From: the human T2T-CHM13v2.0 reference genome, Homo sapiens
Reading direction: 5' to 3' (one strand)
Length of the DNA stretch: 64,000 bases
NCBI RefSeq assembly: GCF_009914755.1
Contig: NC_060947.1
The position numbers were made by a program, and so were the translations under genes. This document shows, in pieces, positions 45,803 to 63,281 of this stretch (its first letter is position 1; each line of letters begins with the position of its first letter). Under the pieces are notes generated by a model that searched no databases, had not been told where the DNA came from, and worked only from the letters and a program-made list of their open reading frames with translations.

Positions 45803-46959
45803 GGTCTCATCTCTTATATACTTGTCTCCTTCCAATCTATTGCCTATACTATGGCCAGATTTTTTTTTTTTTTACTTTTTCAATTGCAGTATGTCATGCA
45901 TACAGCAATATGTACAAAGTGTACTAATCTCAAATGTATAGCGTGATAAATTTTTCCATATATATATACTTATGTAACCATTTCCAAGATCAAGGTTTAG
46001 AACACTTCCAGCACCTCAAAGCCTTCTTTCAGCCCCCTCGGAGAGGTAACTGCTATTTTTCTGTCAGATTTTTAAAATTGATCATTTGAGGGAAAGAATA
46101 AAACATAAATATTGAACTGAAGTTAATGATATGCATGTTGAAGTATTTCGGTCAAAGTGTATTAAGGAATTCAGCCTACTTTCAATTTACTTTGAAATGC
46201 AAAAGAAAATAAGATAGAATAGATGAGTACAAGGATAGATGCATAGTGATAAAACAAGTCTGATAAATGTAAATTATAGAATCTTGGTGGTGCATATGTG
46301 AGGTGTTCACTGTAAAATTCTTTCATATCTTTAAATTTGAAAATTTTCGTTATAAAGTGTTGCAAAAAAGGATCTTTTGAAAACACAAAATAATCTTGTA
46401 TTACCTAAAGCTCTTCAATGGCTTTCAAATATACTTGATATAAAATATATAGTCTTTAATATATCCTAAAAGGCCCAATGTTGCCCCTACCAGACTCTCT
46501 AATCTCTTTTCCCTCATTCTTCATCTTCTTCACTGTGTTCAAGCCCCATTTGTCTTTTTCCATTTCCATCAATATACAATGCTGAATGAGGGAATAAAAA
46601 CAGCGATATGCTTATAGGCAAGCTGTTCACAACAATGGGACAATCTGGGGAGAGGACACTTTTTCAGCAATACAGTTTCAGGCAGATAAGGTTGTTTGGG
46701 TTAAAAACAGAAAAGAGCCCTGGTCTCTAGTTGCTAAAACATATCCAATCACCTATTGCTGCAACTGTGCTATATGCATGAGGTCTATTTGTAGCACAGA
46801 GGGGACACTGTTGTCTTCATCTTATAAGTTCCATTAAGGCAGGAACAATGTGTAGCTTTTTATTTGATGTGTCTATAGCACCTAGCATAGTCTCAGCTAG
46901 CCATAAAGTAGACATTCCATAAACATTTGCTGAATAAATTAGTGAACTCATTAAATCCT

Positions 46960-47130
46960 TATAACATCTCTATAGGCTAGTTATCAGTTGACTTCCATTT
47001 TCAGATGAGGAAACTGAAGCCCATAAAGGTAAAATACCTAGCTTAAGGCCATACAGTTTTTAGTAAAAGAGCTAGGGTTCATTCCCAGGTTGGTTTGACT
47101 CCAAATCCCAGGCTCTCATGTGCTCTTCTG
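46960..47130 (-). mobile_element. MIR
   Basis: ccattttcagatgaggaaactgaagccc core, reverse. Confidence 0.8.
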
Positions 47131-47974
47131 CCTTCCCTAATGCAAATATTTCACCCTTTGTGGAAGTCAACCCCGGAGAGTTAAAAGGGCAGAGCATGAG
47201 AGGGCATAGGAGAGGAAAGGGTGACTCTTTGAATATAACAGAAGTGCTGAGTGTTTCTATACCAGGGTGATTTCCTCTCCCCAATAAACTCCTTTCTAGT
47301 GGTGCTGGAGGCTGCAACTTGGAGCACACACATGGAAGTGAACAATATCCCTGCTGAGCCAACACTCCTCCCCAAATTGGTGATTCATTTTGGCTAATCA
47401 CCTCAGTTATGCACATTAGTTTCCTTTTCATTAGGTCACATGTAATAACTGCCATTTTAGATGGGCGTGGGATTGGGGTGGAATAAAGCACTAGAATGAA
47501 AAAATTGCTAGCATCAATGAAAAAAAATTCTCCAACAAAACCAGCTTGAGGCACACTTATAAAGTGAAGGGATTCATAGGCAGCCTGATTTTCACTGGAC
47601 ATTGGACCAAAGTACTGTCTGGCCCCATGCCTAGGTGAAGTCAGCAGCTATCTATGTACTGCGAAGTGAGGGAGGTTAAAAATCCTTGATTACTATCAAG
47701 TCTACCCACTCAGATATGCCACAATAGTTGAAACCTTCACTGAAATCATTGCTTCAGGGTAAGAAACCTAGGCCTGCTATTAAAATGTATATCTCCCACT
47801 AGGGACCACTTCATTAAGTCACTATTAGCCATAACCATCTTAACTTGTTAGCTCTTGCTCTGTTTCCTTTGCTGTCCTTCCTCCTCAGCTCTTTCCAGAT
47901 GAGCCCACAGATATCTAAAAATACAGATTTAGTCATGCCTCTTGAGCCTGTCCTGAATGAGATCAGAAAGAATA

Positions 47975-48230
47975 CACATAATTGTTAACATTTAATGAGT
48001 GCTTACTATGTTCTGGGTACAATATTAAACATTTTATATATACCATATCAACTTAATCTTTTTACCAACCCAGTGAGATATTTTTTATCATGCCTATTTT
48101 GTAGAAGGGAAAATAGAGGTGCAGAGAGGTCAAACAATTTGCCTGAGATTACACAGTATGGCTGAGTTAGGATTTGAGCCCAGGTGGTTTGACTCCAGAG
48201 CCCATAATCTTAATTGTCATACAGTACTGC
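47975..48230 (-). mobile_element. MIR
   Basis: aacatttaatgagtgcttactatg...ggatttgagcccaggtggtttgactccagagccc. Confidence 0.8.
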
Positions 48231-49569
48231 ATTTGTTAGCCTCATTCTGACTGTTTGGAATTGTTGTCATAGTGTATCTCCAGGACCTGATGTACTTGTT
48301 ATGAGTTCTGGATCCCTACGTGATATTTAAGTCAGAGCAAGAGAACAAGGGCTGTGGAAGACAAGTGGGCTTCAGATTTGGCCTCATGGAAGACAAGTGT
48401 AACCAAGCTGTTGTGCTACAGTTTTCTAAGTAATTATTATAATAATTAACACTTACTGAGGACTTTTTGTATGCCAAGCACTGTGCTATGTTTGTTATTT
48501 GTATTAACTCATCTGGAGACAGTAGTTTTGGAGATCCAGCCTAGATCCTCATTTTGCCCTATCCTAGATGCCAGGGCCATCTAGGATAGGGTTTTATCAG
48601 AAATATTGACTCAATTAACTAGGTTTCTGATACACAGAACATTCTTGCCAGTACATTCTTGGGTGTAAGATACTATTCCCTGTTTGTTTGGCTGATGTTT
48701 TGGGGACCTGTTGTATATTAAAGGATCAATTAGAATCTGAACACTGACGTTCTGTCTTGGATTTCTCACTGACTTATTTACTGACCTGATTGAATACTAG
48801 ACCAATAATGAATGCTTTCAGGTTTAGGATGGAAACCATCACACTCTTTGGGAGACTGAGCTGCCCTCTCCTTAGCTAGCCTTTGAATCCAGCTTCCCAT
48901 TCTGTATATAGACTAGTTCCATCATCTTCCCAATTCGAAAACCAACTATTAAATTTTGAAGTTACCTTGGCTGAGTACTCTTTTTCATTTAAAAATTTAT
49001 CTCCAAAGTATCAGTAACCACACCTTTTCCCCTTTGATTCTCAGTAGGATACTCTAACCCACTTACCTAAAGGTTACAAAAGGTGAGTGGCACATAGAAC
49101 CATTATGTTGGAATTGTCTCAGGTAAAATATATGGTCTCACTTTATAAAAAAGAAGGTAGCACTCCTAAACTGTTCTTACTAAAACATATGTTCTACATT
49201 TTTTACATTATTTCACGTGTAGCTGGTATTTCTTGCATAGAGCTAGCCACCCCACTTAGTTGTATTTGCTCAATGGTGATCCAAGGGAAGCGGGGGAGTT
49301 TTAGTGGCAGAGAACAGGTATCTAGATTACATGTAGCTTAAACTTAGAACTTTGGTCTCATGAGTGTTATGACTTAATGTAATGAGTTGGCCATCAGATT
49401 TATACACTTGCTTTTATATGCAAATATACTCCTTTTAACCTGTTCTTCCATCTCCAACTTACAAATGCATTTTGGTCATGTATAGGAAACTTTATTTTTA
49501 CAGGTGCCAAAAGCTCTGAGGCCAAACATTATGGAGTGCAATCCTAAATCATAAGGTGTCATAACATTT

Positions 49570-50834
<1,265 letters not shown>

Positions 50835-52803
50835 TCAACTTTTTTTTAAGTTCAGGGGTACATGTGCAGATTTGTTATTTAAGTAAACTCGTGTCATGGG
50901 GGTTTGTTGTACAGATTATTTCATCGCCAAAGTATTAAGACTAGTACCAAATTAGTTATTTTTCCTGATTCTCTCCCTTCACCCACCCTCCAGTAGGCCT
51001 CAGTATCTGTTGCTTCCCTCTATGTGTCCATGTGTTCTAATTATTTGGCTCCCACTTACAAGTGAGAACATGTAGGATTTGGTTTTCTGTTTCTGTGTTG
51101 ATTTGCTAAGGATAATGATCTTCAGATCCATCCATGTTCCTGCTAAAAACATGATCTCATTCTTTTTTATAGCTGCATAGTATTCCATGGTGTATATGTA
51201 CCACATTTATTTATCCAGTTAACCATTGATGGGCATTTAGGTTGATTTCATGTTTTTGCTATTGTGAATAGTGCTGCAGTGAGCATAAGCATGCGTGTGT
51301 CTTTATGATAGAATTATTTATGTTCCTTTGAGTATATACTTAGTAATGGGATTGCTGAGTCGAATGATAGTTCTGTTTTTAGCTCTTTAAGGAATCACTA
51401 TACTGTTTTCCACAATGGTTGAGCTAATTTACACTCCCACTAACAGTGTATAAGCGTGCCTTTTTTCTCCACAGGAATGCTAGCATCTGTTATTTTTTAA
51501 TTTTTTAATAATAGCCATTCTGACTGGTGTGAGATGGCATCTCATTGTGGTTTTGATTTGCATTTCTCTCATGATCAGTGATGTTGATCTTTTTTTCATA
51601 TGCTTGTTGGCCGCATGTATGTCTTCTTCTGAAAAGTGTCTGTTCATGTCCCTTGCCTACTCTTTAATGAGGTTGTTGGTTTTTTTCTTGTAAATTTAAG
51701 TTTCTTGTAGATGGTAGATATTATCTTTGACAGATGCATAGTATGCAAAAATTTCCCCCCATTTTGCAGGTTGTTTGTTTACTCCATTAATAGTTTCTTT
51801 TGCTGTAAGAAGCTCTTTAGTTTAATTAGATGTCATTTGTCATTTTTTTGTGTTTCTTGGAATTGCTTTTGATGTCTTTGTCATGAAATCTTTGGCCATT
51901 ACTATGTTCAGAATGGTATTGCCTAGGTAGTCTTCCAGGGTTTTAATAGTTTTCTATTTTACATTTATGTCTTTAATCCATCTTGAGTTCATTTTGTATA
52001 TGGTTTAAAGAAGGGTTCCAGTTTCAATCTTCTGCATATGGCTAGCCAGTTATCAGAGCACAGAGGACAACAATAGGTTGTCCTTTCCTCATTGCTTGTT
52101 TTTGTCAACTTTTTGAAGATCAGATAGTTAGTTGTAAGTGTATGGCCTTATTTCTGTGCTCTCTTTTCTGTTCCATTGGACTGCGTCTGTTTTTGTAACA
52201 GTACCATGCTGTTTTGGTTACAGGAGCCCTGTGGTATAGTTTGAAGTCAGGTAGTGTGATGCTTCCAGCTTTGTTCTTTTTGCTTAGGATTATCTTAGCT
52301 ATTTGGGCTCTTTTTGGTTCTATATGAATTTTTAAATAGTTTTTCCTAGTTCTGAAAAGCATGTTATTGATAGTTTGATAGGTATATCATTGAATCTATG
52401 AATTGCTTTGGGCAGTATAGCCATTTTAACAATATTGATTCTTCCTGTCCATGAGCATGGAATGTTTTTCCATTTGTTTGTGTTATCTCTGATTTCTCTG
52501 AGCAGTGTTTTGTAGTTCTCCTTGCAGTCACCTGTCACCTTCCTAGTTAGCTGTATTCCTAGGTATTTTATTCTTTTTTGTGGCAAATGTCAGTGGGTTT
52601 GTGTTCCTGATTTGGTTCTAAGCTTGAGTGTTGTTGGTGTTTAAAATTCTAGTGACTTTTGTATATTGATTCTGTATCTTGAGACTTACTTGAAGTTGTT
52701 TATCAGCTTAAGGAGCTTTTGGGCTGAGATCATGGCGTTTTCTAGATACAGGATCGTGTCATCTGCAAACAGGAACAGTTTGACTTCCTTTCTTCCTATT
52801 TGA

Positions 52804-53261
<458 letters not shown>

Positions 53262-53636
53262 CTTTGGGTTTGTTATAAATGGCTCTTATTATTTTGAGGT
53301 ATGTTTGTTCAATACCTAGTTAATTGAGAGTTTTTAACATGAAAGAGTGTTGAATTTTATTGAAAGCTTTTTCTGCATCTATTAAGATAATCATGTAGGT
53401 TTTCTTTTTGTTTACATCTGTTTATATGATGAATACATTTATTGATTCGTGTATGTGGAACAGCCAGCCCTTGCATGTCAGGGATAAAGCCTACTAGATC
53501 ATGGTGGATAAGCTTTTTGATGTGCTACTGGATTTGGTTTGGCACTATTTTGTTGAGGATTTTTGCATTGATGTTCAAGAATATTGGCCTGAAGTGTTTT
53601 TGTTGTTGTTGTATCTCTGCCAGGTTTTGGTATTAG

Positions 53637-54278
53637 TAATGAGGGAAAAGAAAAGGAAAAATCAGTTGGGTAGACAACGAAGACTAGCCCTTGGAGAAGC
53701 AGCCTGCCTGAAAAATCACAGCTGCAGGCAAAAATAGAGCAGCCTGGAGAAAACTCAGCCTGCACCTGCACAGAGATAAGTAGGCAAGGCAGGCAAGGTC
53801 CAGCACAGAAGCCTTTTGTTCTTTGTGTGATTAGTGAGCTCCCAGGAAAAAGTTTCCTACCCTTTTCAGACATATTCATGGTGGGCTCCATGGGAACTTG
53901 CACAGGGCGAAGGAGGGCTTACCTAAAACAAACCCATAGTTACACAGACAAGAGACACAGTGCTTTGTGCTTGCCTAGAGACATGCCCACAACTACATAG
54001 TTAACGGGGAGTTGTGCAGACAGCTTTTCAGATAAAAGAAGTTCCTCAAACAGCTACAGAAATGAGAGGAGTTTCTTATAAAAGTTTTTGGATTCAACTG
54101 TATAAACGGCAATCCACTCAGGCTCCCCTCTCTGCTGTGGAGAGCTTTCTTCTTTTGCTTATTAAACTTTTACTCCAACCTCACCTTTTGTGTCCACGCT
54201 CCTTAATTCTCTTGGTCATGAGAGGAAGAGCTCAGATAAAACCTTAAACAATGAAACCAGTGACCCTGACCTATTTCA
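53637..54278 (+). mobile_element. ERV1-class solo LTR (MER61/LTR9-like group) in L1 ORF2
   Basis: 4-bp TSD ttag at 53633 and 54279; TATA-like tataaa near 54101, attaaa near 54161, ends ctatttca; shares motifs with LTR at 22717. Confidence 0.8.
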
Positions 54279-54584
54279 TTAGGATGATGCTGGCTTTATA
54301 GAATGAGTTAAGGAGGAGTCCCTCTCCTCAATTTTTTGGAATAGATTCAGTAGGAATGGTACTTGCTCTTCTATGTGCATCTGGCAGAATTTGGCTGTGA
54401 ATTCACTTAGTCCTGGGCTTTTTTTGTTGGTAGACTATCTACTATTGGTTCAATATTGGAGCTCATAATTGGTCTATTCAGGGATTCAATTTCTTCCTGG
54501 CTCAGTATTGGGAGGGTGTATGTGTTCAGGAATTTATCAGTTTCTTCTAAATTTTCTAGTTTATTTGCATAGAGTTGTTCATAA

Positions 54585-54920
<336 letters not shown>

Positions 54921-57900
54921 TTCTTTGTCATTTCTAATTGTGTTTATTTTGATTTTCTCTCTTTTCTTTTGTATTAATCTAGCTATTGGTGCACCTATCT
55001 TATTAACTTTTTCAAAACACTAACTACTGGATTTGTTGATCTTTTGAATATTTTTTTTTTGTGTCTCAATCTCCTTCACTTCAGCTCAGATTTTGGTTAT
55101 TTCTTATCTTCTGCTAGATTTTGGTTTAATTTGCTCCTGTTTCTCTAGTTCTTTTAGTTGTAATATTAGGTTGCTAAATTGAGATCATCCTAACTTTTCG
55201 ATATAGGTATTTAGTGCTATAAATTTTCCTCTTAACATTGCCTTAGCTGTGTCCCAGAGATTCTGGTATGTTGTATCTTTGTTCTCATTAGTTTCAACAA
55301 ACTTCTGACTTAATTTTATTATTTGCCCAGAAGTCATTCAGGAGCAGATTACACAATTTCCATGTAATTGTATGGTTTTGAGCAAATTTCTTAATATTGA
55401 GTTTTAATTTGGTAGCTCTGTGGTCTGAGAGAGTGTTTTTTTTTTATGATTTCAGTTCTTTTGCATTTGCCAAGGAGTGTTTTGTGTCTCATTATGTGAT
55501 TAATTTTAGAGTATGTGCCATGTTGCAGTTAGAAGAATGTATATTCTCTTGTTTTTGGTTGGAGGGTTCTGTAGATGTCTATCAGGTCCATTTGATCCAG
55601 TGCTGAGTTCAGGTCCTGAATATCTTTGTTAATTTTCTGCCTTGCTGATCAGTCTAATACTGCCAGTGGGGTGTTGAAGTCTCCCACTGTTATTGTGTGG
55701 GAGTCTATGTCTCTATGAAGGTCTTTAAAAACTTGCTTTATGAATCTGGGTGCTCCTGTGTTGGGTGCATATATATTTAGGGTAGTTAGGTCTTCTTGTT
55801 GAATTGAACCCTTTATCATTATGTAATGCCCTTCTTTGTCTTTTTTGACCTTTGTTGGTTTAATGCCCATTTTGTGTGAAATTAGAATTGCAACCCTTCC
55901 TTTTATCTGTTTTCAATTTTCTTCATAGATTTTTCTCCATCCCTTTATTTTGAGCCTATAGGTGTAATTGTATGTGAGATGGGTCTGTTGAAGACAGCAC
56001 ACCAATGGATGTTGGTTCTTCCTCCAGCTTTCCACTCTTGCCTTTTATTTGGAGCATTTATCCCATTACATTCAAAGTTAATATAAATAAGTGTGGATTT
56101 GATCTTGTCATCATGATATTAGGTGGTTATTATGCAGACTGGTTTGTGTGGTTGCTTTATAGTGTCACTGCTCTGTGTACTGAAGTATGTTTTCATGGTG
56201 GCTGGTAATGGTATTTGCTTTCCATATTTAGTACTTCCTTCAGGAGCTCTTGTAAGGCAGGTCTGGTGTAAAGAACTCTCTTAGCATTTGCTTGTCTGGA
56301 AAGGATCTTATTCCTCCTACACTTATGAAGCTTAGTTTGACTGGATATGAAATCCTGTGTTAGAATTTTTTTCTTTAGGAATGTTGAATATTGGCCCCCA
56401 GTCTTTCTGGCTTGTAGAGTTTCTGCTGAGAGGTCCACTGTTAGTCTGATGGGCTTCCCTTGTAGGTGAACTGACCTTTCTCTACAGCTGCTTTTGATAT
56501 TTTTTTCTTTAATTTTGACCTTAGAGAATCTGATGATTATGCATTTTGGGGATGATCTTCTTTGAAGTTTCTTATTGTGATTCTCTGCATTTCTTGAATT
56601 TTAATATTGGCCTCTCTAGCTAAGTTGCAGAAGTTCTCATGGATGATATCTTGAAATATGATTTTCAAGTTGCTTACAGTCTCCTTATCTTTTTCAGGGA
56701 CACCAATGATTCATAGATTTGATCTCTTTAAATAATCCCGTATTTCTTGGAGATTTTGTTCGTTCCTTTTCATCCTTTTAAAAAAAATTCTTGTCTGATT
56801 GTCTTTTTTCAGAAAGCCCATCTTCTAGATCTGAGATTGTTTCCTCGGCTTGGTCTATTCTGGTATTAATACTTGTGATGACATTATGACATTTTTGTAG
56901 TGTGTTTTCAGCTCTACCAGGTTGGTTACTTTCTTTTCTATACTAGGTATTTTGTCTGTCAGCTTTTGTATCCTTTTATTGTGATTCTTAACTTCCCTGG
57001 ATTGGGTTTCAACATACTCTGGCATGATCTGTGTTCCTGTCCATAATCTGAATTCTATTTCTGTCATTTCAGTCATGTCAGCCCAGTTCAGAACCCTTGC
57101 TGGAGAGGTGCCGTAGTCGTTTGGAGAAAAAAAACCCGACTTTTTGAGTCATCAGAGTTCTTGCATTGTTTCTTTCTCATCTTTGTGGGCTGATGTTTCT
57201 TCAATCTTTGAAGTTCCTTACCTTTCGATGAGATTTTTTTTCTTTTATCCTATTTGATAACCTTGAGGTTTTGATTGTGGTATAAGGTGGATTTAGCCAA
57301 CTAGCTTGTTTCTGGAAGATTTTAGAGGGGGGCAATGCTCAGTTTCTGACTCTGGATTGTATGCTTTAACTCTGGGGACTTGTATTGGGCCCTGACTTTG
57401 TTCTCTGGCTCTTTGAGATTAGGAACCCACTGGGCTAGCGGGGTCAAGGTGCTCCCAGACTGCTGGTCACTACGCATTGATGGGTAGTGTCAGCCAAAGC
57501 GTTTCATAGTGTGGTTGCAGTGGGATCTATTCGCATTTGCATGTGCCAGCAGCAGCGGCAGCGGCATGCCTGTCAGCTGCAGCAGGGTGCTAGCAGATGC
57601 CTGCCTCTGTGTGGGTGTTTACCACAGTGCTGGAGGCAGCACAGCTTGCGGGGAGTAGCCCCTGCTCATGACCGTGCCTGTGGTCACACTGGTGGTGGTG
57701 TTAGCATGAGGACTGGGCACTGGTGGACACAGGTCTGTGCATATTCTCTGTGTGCTACAGGCAGGGGAGGTCTCTCAGGGTTTGGAGGGGTTTGCTGTTC
57801 TCTGTGTCTATTTTCACTCCCAAGGCAGTGTTGGTGCAAGGGTTGGGTGCTGGTGTAGGTGAGGCTGTCTGGCTCTGTGCTTGGCTAACCTCCAACTGCA

Positions 57901-58006
57901 ATGGCAATCTGGCGGGGTCACAGGGGTGGAGTGCACTCCCACCACAGCAGTGGCAGAGCAGGGTGCCTGTGCACAGGCTTGCAGGTGGGGCAAAGAAGGC
58001 AAAACA

Positions 58007-58007
<1 letters not shown>

Positions 58008-58038
<31 letters not shown>

Positions 58039-58058
58039 ACACACACACACACACAAAA

Positions 58059-58121
<63 letters not shown>
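58008..58121. repeat. Interrupted (CA)n microsatellite in L1 5'UTR
   Basis: Two aaaacaaacac-led (CA)n blocks. Confidence 0.95.
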
Positions 58122-58122
<1 letters not shown>

Positions 58123-59720
58123 AGCAAAGCAATGTTGAGGGGTTGCTGTGGGCCTGGGGGAAGCTGCAGTGTGAGGAGGGAGTGGGTGGGCTTGTGCATG
58201 GCTGCAGGGGCCACCCTGCTGGAGTTTTCTACCAGTCAGGCATGGTCTGCCAGCACAAGAGCTAGACATGGGCAGTTCTTTCTGCCAACTCTAGTGTCCC
58301 TGGTGATTGAGGAGTCACCTCCTGCTGGGACTCCAGAGGCCCATGGCAAGAGCAAGTTGCTCCTTTCCAGTTCAACTCACCCCCTTCACAGGAGCCACTG
58401 GGGTCAGGAACAAGTCCTGGTGCAGGGTAGCCCTGTGCAGGGTTGCCAGCTTCCTTTCCCTTCAGCCCAGCTGCTGTGTCTTTCCTCCTTCCATCCTTGG
58501 TGTCTTCCCTCTGAAGATCAGTTAGGAGTATTCCAGTCATCTCAGCCCCTCAGTGGCAGCTCTTCCACCTGACTGCGTCTAGTTTGCCATGTTGCACTCT
58601 CTCCTTTTGTCTATTTTTAAAAATTGAATTATTAGATATTTTTTCCTACAGAGTTATTAGAGCTCCTTATATATTCTGGTTATTAATCCCTTGTCAGATG
58701 GGTAGTTTGTAAATATTTTTTTCTATTCTATTGCATGTCTCTTCACTTTCTTGATTGTTTCCTTTGTTGTGCAGAAAATTTTGAATTTAATGTGATTTCA
58801 TTTGTTCATTTTTGCTTTAGTTGCCTGTTCTTGTGGGGTATTGCTCAAGAGCTCTTTGTAAAGACCAGTGACTTGGAGTGTTTCTCCAATGTTTTCTTGC
58901 AGTAGTTTCATGGCTTGAGGTCTTAGAATTAAGTTTTCAATTCACTTTAATTTGATTTTTGTATGTAGTGAGAGATGGGGTCTAGTTTTATTCTTCTGAA
59001 TATGGATATCCAGTTTGCCAGTACCATTTATTGAAGAGATTACCTTTTTCCCAATGTATGCTTTTGGCAGCTTTGTGGAGAATGAGTTCTCTCTAGATGT
59101 CTAGATTTATTTCTGTGTTCTCTATTCTCTTCCATTGGTCTCTGTGTTTGTTTTTATGCCACCACCATGGCATTATGGTTATTATTGCTCTGTAGTATAA
59201 TTTGAAATCAAGTAATTTGATTCCTCCAGTTTTGTTCTTTTTGTTCAGGATGGCTACGGCTATTCTGGGTGTTTTATGTTTCCTTATAATGTTATGATAT
59301 TTTTTATTTCTGTGAAGAATATTATTGTTATTTAGATAAGGATTGCATTGAATCTGTAGAGTGCTTTGAGGAGTATGGACATTTTAGCAATATTGATTCT
59401 TCCAATCAATGAACATGGAATATATTTCAATTTTAATGTGTCCTCTTTAGTTTCGTTCATCAGTGTTTTATAGTTTTTATTATAGAGACCTGTCACTTCT
59501 CGGTTAAGTTTATTGCTAAGTATCTTTTTTTAAATTTTATTTTAGGTATCGTAAGTGGAATTATTTCCTTGATTGTTTTTTAAGATGGTTTACTGTTGGC
59601 ATATAGAAATGATTATTGTTTTTATGTGTTGATTTTGTATACTGCAACTTTACTAAATTTGTTTATCTGTTCTAGTAGTTGTTTTTGGTGGCCTTTAGGC
59701 TTTTCTAAATATAAGATCAT

Positions 59721-60092
59721 TGTATTAGTCCGTTCTCACACTGTTATAAAGAATACTAAGACTGCATAATTATAAAGGAAAGAAGTTTGATTGACTCACA
59801 GTTCTGCAGGCTTAATGGGAAGCATGGCTAGGAGGCCTCAGAAAACTTACTATTATGGTGGAAGGTGAAGGGGAAGCAGACACCCTTTTCACAAGGTGGC
59901 AGGAGAGAGTGTGTGTGAGAATGAGAAAATGCCACACTTCAAAACCATCAGCTATTGTGAGAACTCACTATCATGAGAACAGCATGGGGGAAACCACCCC
60001 CCTGATCCAGTCACCTCCTACCTGGTCCCTCCCCTGACTTGAATTACAATTCGAGATGAGACTTCGGTGGCACACAGAGCCAAACCATATCA
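59721..60092 (-). mobile_element. MST-type MaLR solo LTR
   Basis: tgtattagtccgttctcacactg...ccaaaccatatca; TSD atcat/agcat. Confidence 0.88.
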
Positions 60093-62640
60093 AGCATATC
60101 ATCTTCAAACAAGGATAACTTGATTTCTTCTTTTCCAATTTGGATGCCCTTTATTTATTATTGCTCTTGTCTGATTGCTCTAGCTAGAACTTCCAGCACT
60201 ATATTGAATAACAGTGTTGAAAGTGGGCAAACTTGTCGTGTTCCAGATATTACATAAAAAACTTTCCGTTTTTCTCTGTTCAGTATGATATTAGCTGTAG
60301 GTGTGACATATATGGCTTTTATTGTGTTGAGGTGTGTTCCTTCTATACCTACTTATTTGAGGTTTTTTATTATGACAGAATGTTGAATTTTATCAAATGT
60401 TTCTTTGGCATCAATTGAAATGATTATATGGTTTTTGTTCTTTATTCTGTTGATATGGTATATCACATTGATTTGCAAATATGGAATCATCCTTGCACCC
60501 CTGGGCTTAATCCCACTTGGTCATGATTAATGATATTTTCAACGTGTGATTGAATTCAATTAGACAGTATTTTGTTGAGGATTTTTGCATCAATATTCAT
60601 CAGGTATGTTGGGCTATAATTTTCTTGTTTTGGTGTGTTTTGTGTGGCCTTAGTATTGGGTAATACTGGTCTCATAGAATGAGTTTGAAAACATTCTCTC
60701 CTCTATTTTTCAGAATAATTTGATTAAGATTATTATTATTCTTTCTTTAAATGTTTATAGTATTCAGCAGTACAGCCATCGGGTCCTGGCCTTTTCTTTA
60801 CAGGGAGGCTTTTTGTTAACAGCTTTAATCTTGTTACTTGTTATTGGTCTGTTCAGGTTTTGGATTTCTGCATGGTTCAATCTTGGTAAGTTGTATGTGT
60901 CTTAGAATTTATGCATTTTTTTCTGAAATTTCTAATTTATTGGAATATACTTTCTTATAATAGCCTTTAATGATCCTTTGAATGTCTTTAGTATCTGTTG
61001 TAATGTCTTCTTTTCCATCTCTGATTTTATCTCAGTATTCTCTCCCTCTCTCTGTTTTTTTTTTCAGTCTGACTAAAGGTTAGTCAGTTTTGTTTACCTT
61101 TTTAAAAAAAACTTTTCATTTCATTGGTATTCGTATCTTTTTTTGTTTCAATTTCATTTATTTTTGCTCTGATCTTTATTTTTTTCTACTAATTTTGGGT
61201 TTGATTTGCTCTTTCTTTTCTAGTTCTTCAAGATACATTATTAAGTTATTCATTTGAAGTGTTTTTTTTTTGATGTAGGCACTTATAGCTTCGCTCTTAG
61301 TATTGCTTTTGCTGTATCTCATAGGTTTTGGTGTGTTGTGTTTTCATTATCACTTGTTTCAATAAATTTATCAATTTCATTCTTAATTTCTTCATTGAGC
61401 CACTGGTTATTCAACAGCATATTGTTTAATTTCCTTATGCTTTATAGTTTCCAGAATTCCTCTGGTTATTGATGTTGAGTTTTATTCCATTGTGGTCAGA
61501 GACAATCCTTGATATTATTTTCATTTTTATTTTTTTTTCAGACTTGCTTTGTGACCTAATATATGGTGTATCCTTGAGCATGATTCATGAGCTAAAGAGA
61601 AGAATGTGTATTCTGTAGCCATTGGATGAAATGTTCTGTAGATATCTATTGGATTTATTTGCTCTATAGTGCAGATGAAGTCTGAAGTTTCTTTGTTGAT
61701 TTTCTGCTAGATGATCTTTCCGGTGCTGAAAGCAGCGTGTAGAATTATGCAGCTATTATTGTATTGGGGCCGATTTTTCTTGTTAGCTCTAATAATGTTT
61801 GCTTTATATATGTTGGTATTCTTTTGTTTGGTGCATATATATTTATAATTGTTATATCCTCTTACTGAAATGACTCCTTTATCATTATATAATGAGCTTT
61901 CTTGTCTCTTATAGTTTTTGTCTTCAAATCTATTTTGTCTGGTATAAGTATACCTACCCTTGCTCTCTTTTGGCTTCCATTGGCATGACATATCTATCTT
62001 TTTCTATCCCTTTATTTTCAGGCTATGTGTGTCTTTATAGGTGAAGTGTGTTTTTGTAGCAAACAGATCATTGGGTCTTGTTTATTTATGCATTCTGCCA
62101 CTCTTTGTCTTGATTAGAGTGTATAGTGCATTTACATTTATTGTTATTATTAATAAGTAAGTACTTTGTCATGCTATTTTGTTATTTGTTTTCTGGTTGT
62201 TTTGCGATTTTCTCTTCCTTCCTTCCTGTCTTTCTTTTTGTGAATATGATTTTCTCCAGTGGTGTGTTTTTATTTCTTGTTTTCTATTTTTTTGTGTATC
62301 TGTTGTATGGTTTTTGATTTGAGGTTGCTATGAGCCTTCAAATAACATCTTTTAACCCATTATTTTAAATTAATGACAACACCAATTGCAATAAAAAACA
62401 AACAAGTAAAGAGAAAACTACTAAAAACTGTGCATTTCAACTACATCTTCCCATGTTTTAGCAATTTGTTTTCTTTATTTATACCTTATTATACTGTCTA
62501 TGATTTGAACAGTTGTTGTAGTTATTATTTTTGATAGGTTCATCTTTTAGTCTTTCTACTCCTTTTATGAGTGGTTTATACACCACAATTACGGTGTCAT
62601 AATATTCTTTGTTTTTGTGTGTACCTACTAGTACCAGTGA

Positions 62641-63281
<641 letters not shown>

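Noticed and set aside
57487-58572. Cluster of 85-223 aa ORFs with HT/CV repeats
   Set aside because: Translation of (CA)n within a GC-richer L1 5'UTR.
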